This document shows positions 62,361 through 64,000 of a stretch of 64,000 nucleotides of DNA, piece by piece. This DNA is from Callorhinchus milii (taxonomy: Eukaryota). The translations under genes were made by a program, and so were the position numbers. The notes beneath the pieces are model-generated. The model ran no database searches and was not told the DNA's origin. It saw only the letters and a program-made list of their open reading frames with translations. Each line of letters opens with the position of its first letter. Position 1 is the first letter of the stretch. The DNA lies in assembly GCF_018977255.1 (NCBI RefSeq), contig NW_024704743.1, positions 87,112,001 through 87,176,000 on the forward strand. Reading direction: 5' to 3'.

Positions 62361-64000
62361 TAATAATAATTATCAACACAACAATATTCTTCTTATTAAT
62401 AATTATTTGTAATTAGTTCTTCTTTCCTATCAAACTCCAAATACACCATCCTACACTTTCTTCCTTCACTCCATCATCATTCCTGCGCTGAAATCAATAT
62501 TCTTTGCCTTATCTCTTACTCAACCTCATTCTTTCCGAAGATGTCAAGACAATTGCTATCCTCGCTCCTTCTGGTTTTACCTTCTTATCTAAAACTATCT
62601 GAATCTTTTATAACCAAAGCTTGGCGTAATTTCACTACCACTTCTTGGTTCAGCTTCTATTCTCTCATATCTTGTATTCTCAACCTTGGAAGGTTTTATT
62701 GATTGGGATGTAATATGCATATTTATTCATATGCTAAAACACATAATTTTAACCTTGTATTAATAATGAGGTCAATTTAGCCATAAATTCAATATATAGC
62801 ACATCAAATATATCCACACCTACAGGAAGCACGCCCCCACAATGTCGTTCTCAACCTCTTACGTTTAGCATCAAAAATACCAAACAAAAATAGGAAGAGA
62901 TGTCTATCAAAAGCCACAATCTGTGAGTGAGACAACCAGCGCTATGGAACAGTTTCTTAGATTTCATCTTGCTGAGCGCATATTACATTCCACATTCGCC
63001 TACAAATACCCAGTCACTACACTTTCAGGAAAACTCTGAAGCGTTTTGAGATATTTTAAAATAATAAGGCACTATATCAATTGTAAGGAATTATATAATG
63101 CTGCTAATTAAGCTTTGGATTTGCTACATAACCTGGCAGTGCTCCAAAATAGTATCCCACATGAAGGGTGCTGTAAATGCTAGTTGTTTTTGTTAGAACT
63201 GCAACGAAGACCTTACAGTGCACTTCACATGAAGTGATACATTTTTCCTTTGCATTTATGTTACTGCAGCATTCATCAGTCTAATATTTGAAGGGAAAAT
63301 AACTGCACTTAATAATGATTTAGACTTCAATTAAGCAGCTAGCTCATCTGCAATGTTATATAATTCACGCTCCCAGCTACAATCAACATTTAGCAAGTCA
63401 GTGAAGACGATGAGTTTGGATTGCTGCAGGTCTAATGAAACACAATTATACGCTGACTGTGTTCTCTTATCCAAAAAAAATCAAAAAGCTCAACTTGGTT
63501 AAGCAATGAGATTGAGGGAACTTTATTTTTATAATTAAAAGAAACCAACTTTTGATGTTTTCAAGCAATTTCTAAATAAAATGAATTGACTTTATAACTT
63601 CATCATTAGAATGAACATTGCTTAAAATAACAGGGCTCAATAGCCCCGTTAAATTAAATTAAGATTCTGTTTAGTATCCGAATCAAAAAAATGCAGATTT
63701 TTACTTGCATTTTAACTCGGATCAAGTGGAATTTCATCTCCTTTAAGTAGTGGATAATTGTGCACCACTACAATCTGTGTAAAACCCTTTCCCCAATAAG
63801 TATTGTATTAAAAGCTTTTATTTGTTATTTTAAAAAGGCATTTATTTTCAATGTACCTCAGCCAAACTTGTTTACAATGGATTCCTTGCCAGATGCAGAA
63901 ACAAAGCCAATGCATTAAAGGGCAGAGTCAATTTCAAATAGTTTAAAAAAAGGATAGTAAGAATCAGGAAAATTAGAAAATATAAGAGTTAAAGAGGTGA

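Overview
Repeat-rich vertebrate genomic DNA; the repeat complement (L2/CR1 LINEs, tRNA-derived SINEs with L2-type tails, Deu-domain SINEs) suggests a cartilaginous fish, possibly a chimaera (inference). The main content is an 11-exon minus-strand gene (43720 to 5397) assembled by hand from splice sites with consistent phases: 1158 nt CDS, 385 aa, a probable type II membrane alpha/beta-hydrolase-fold protein. Its nucleophile elbow reads G-S-E-L-G instead of G-x-S-x-G, and it has Arg at the expected catalytic His position, so it looks like a pseudo-hydrolase or uses non-canonical chemistry. The last intron has a GC donor. The 54-nt first coding exon lies in a ~130 bp CpG-rich islet between two long G-skewed arrays, with a third array in intron 1. 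Upstream is a near-intact single-ORF L2 retrotransposon (46803-50511). The rest is SINEs, L2/CR1 fragments, MITE-like elements, an unclassified poly(A)-tailed repeat, and candidate alternative 5' exons. The long ORFs in the C/G-rich arrays are compositional artefacts. No prokaryotic systems (CRISPR, operons) were seen.
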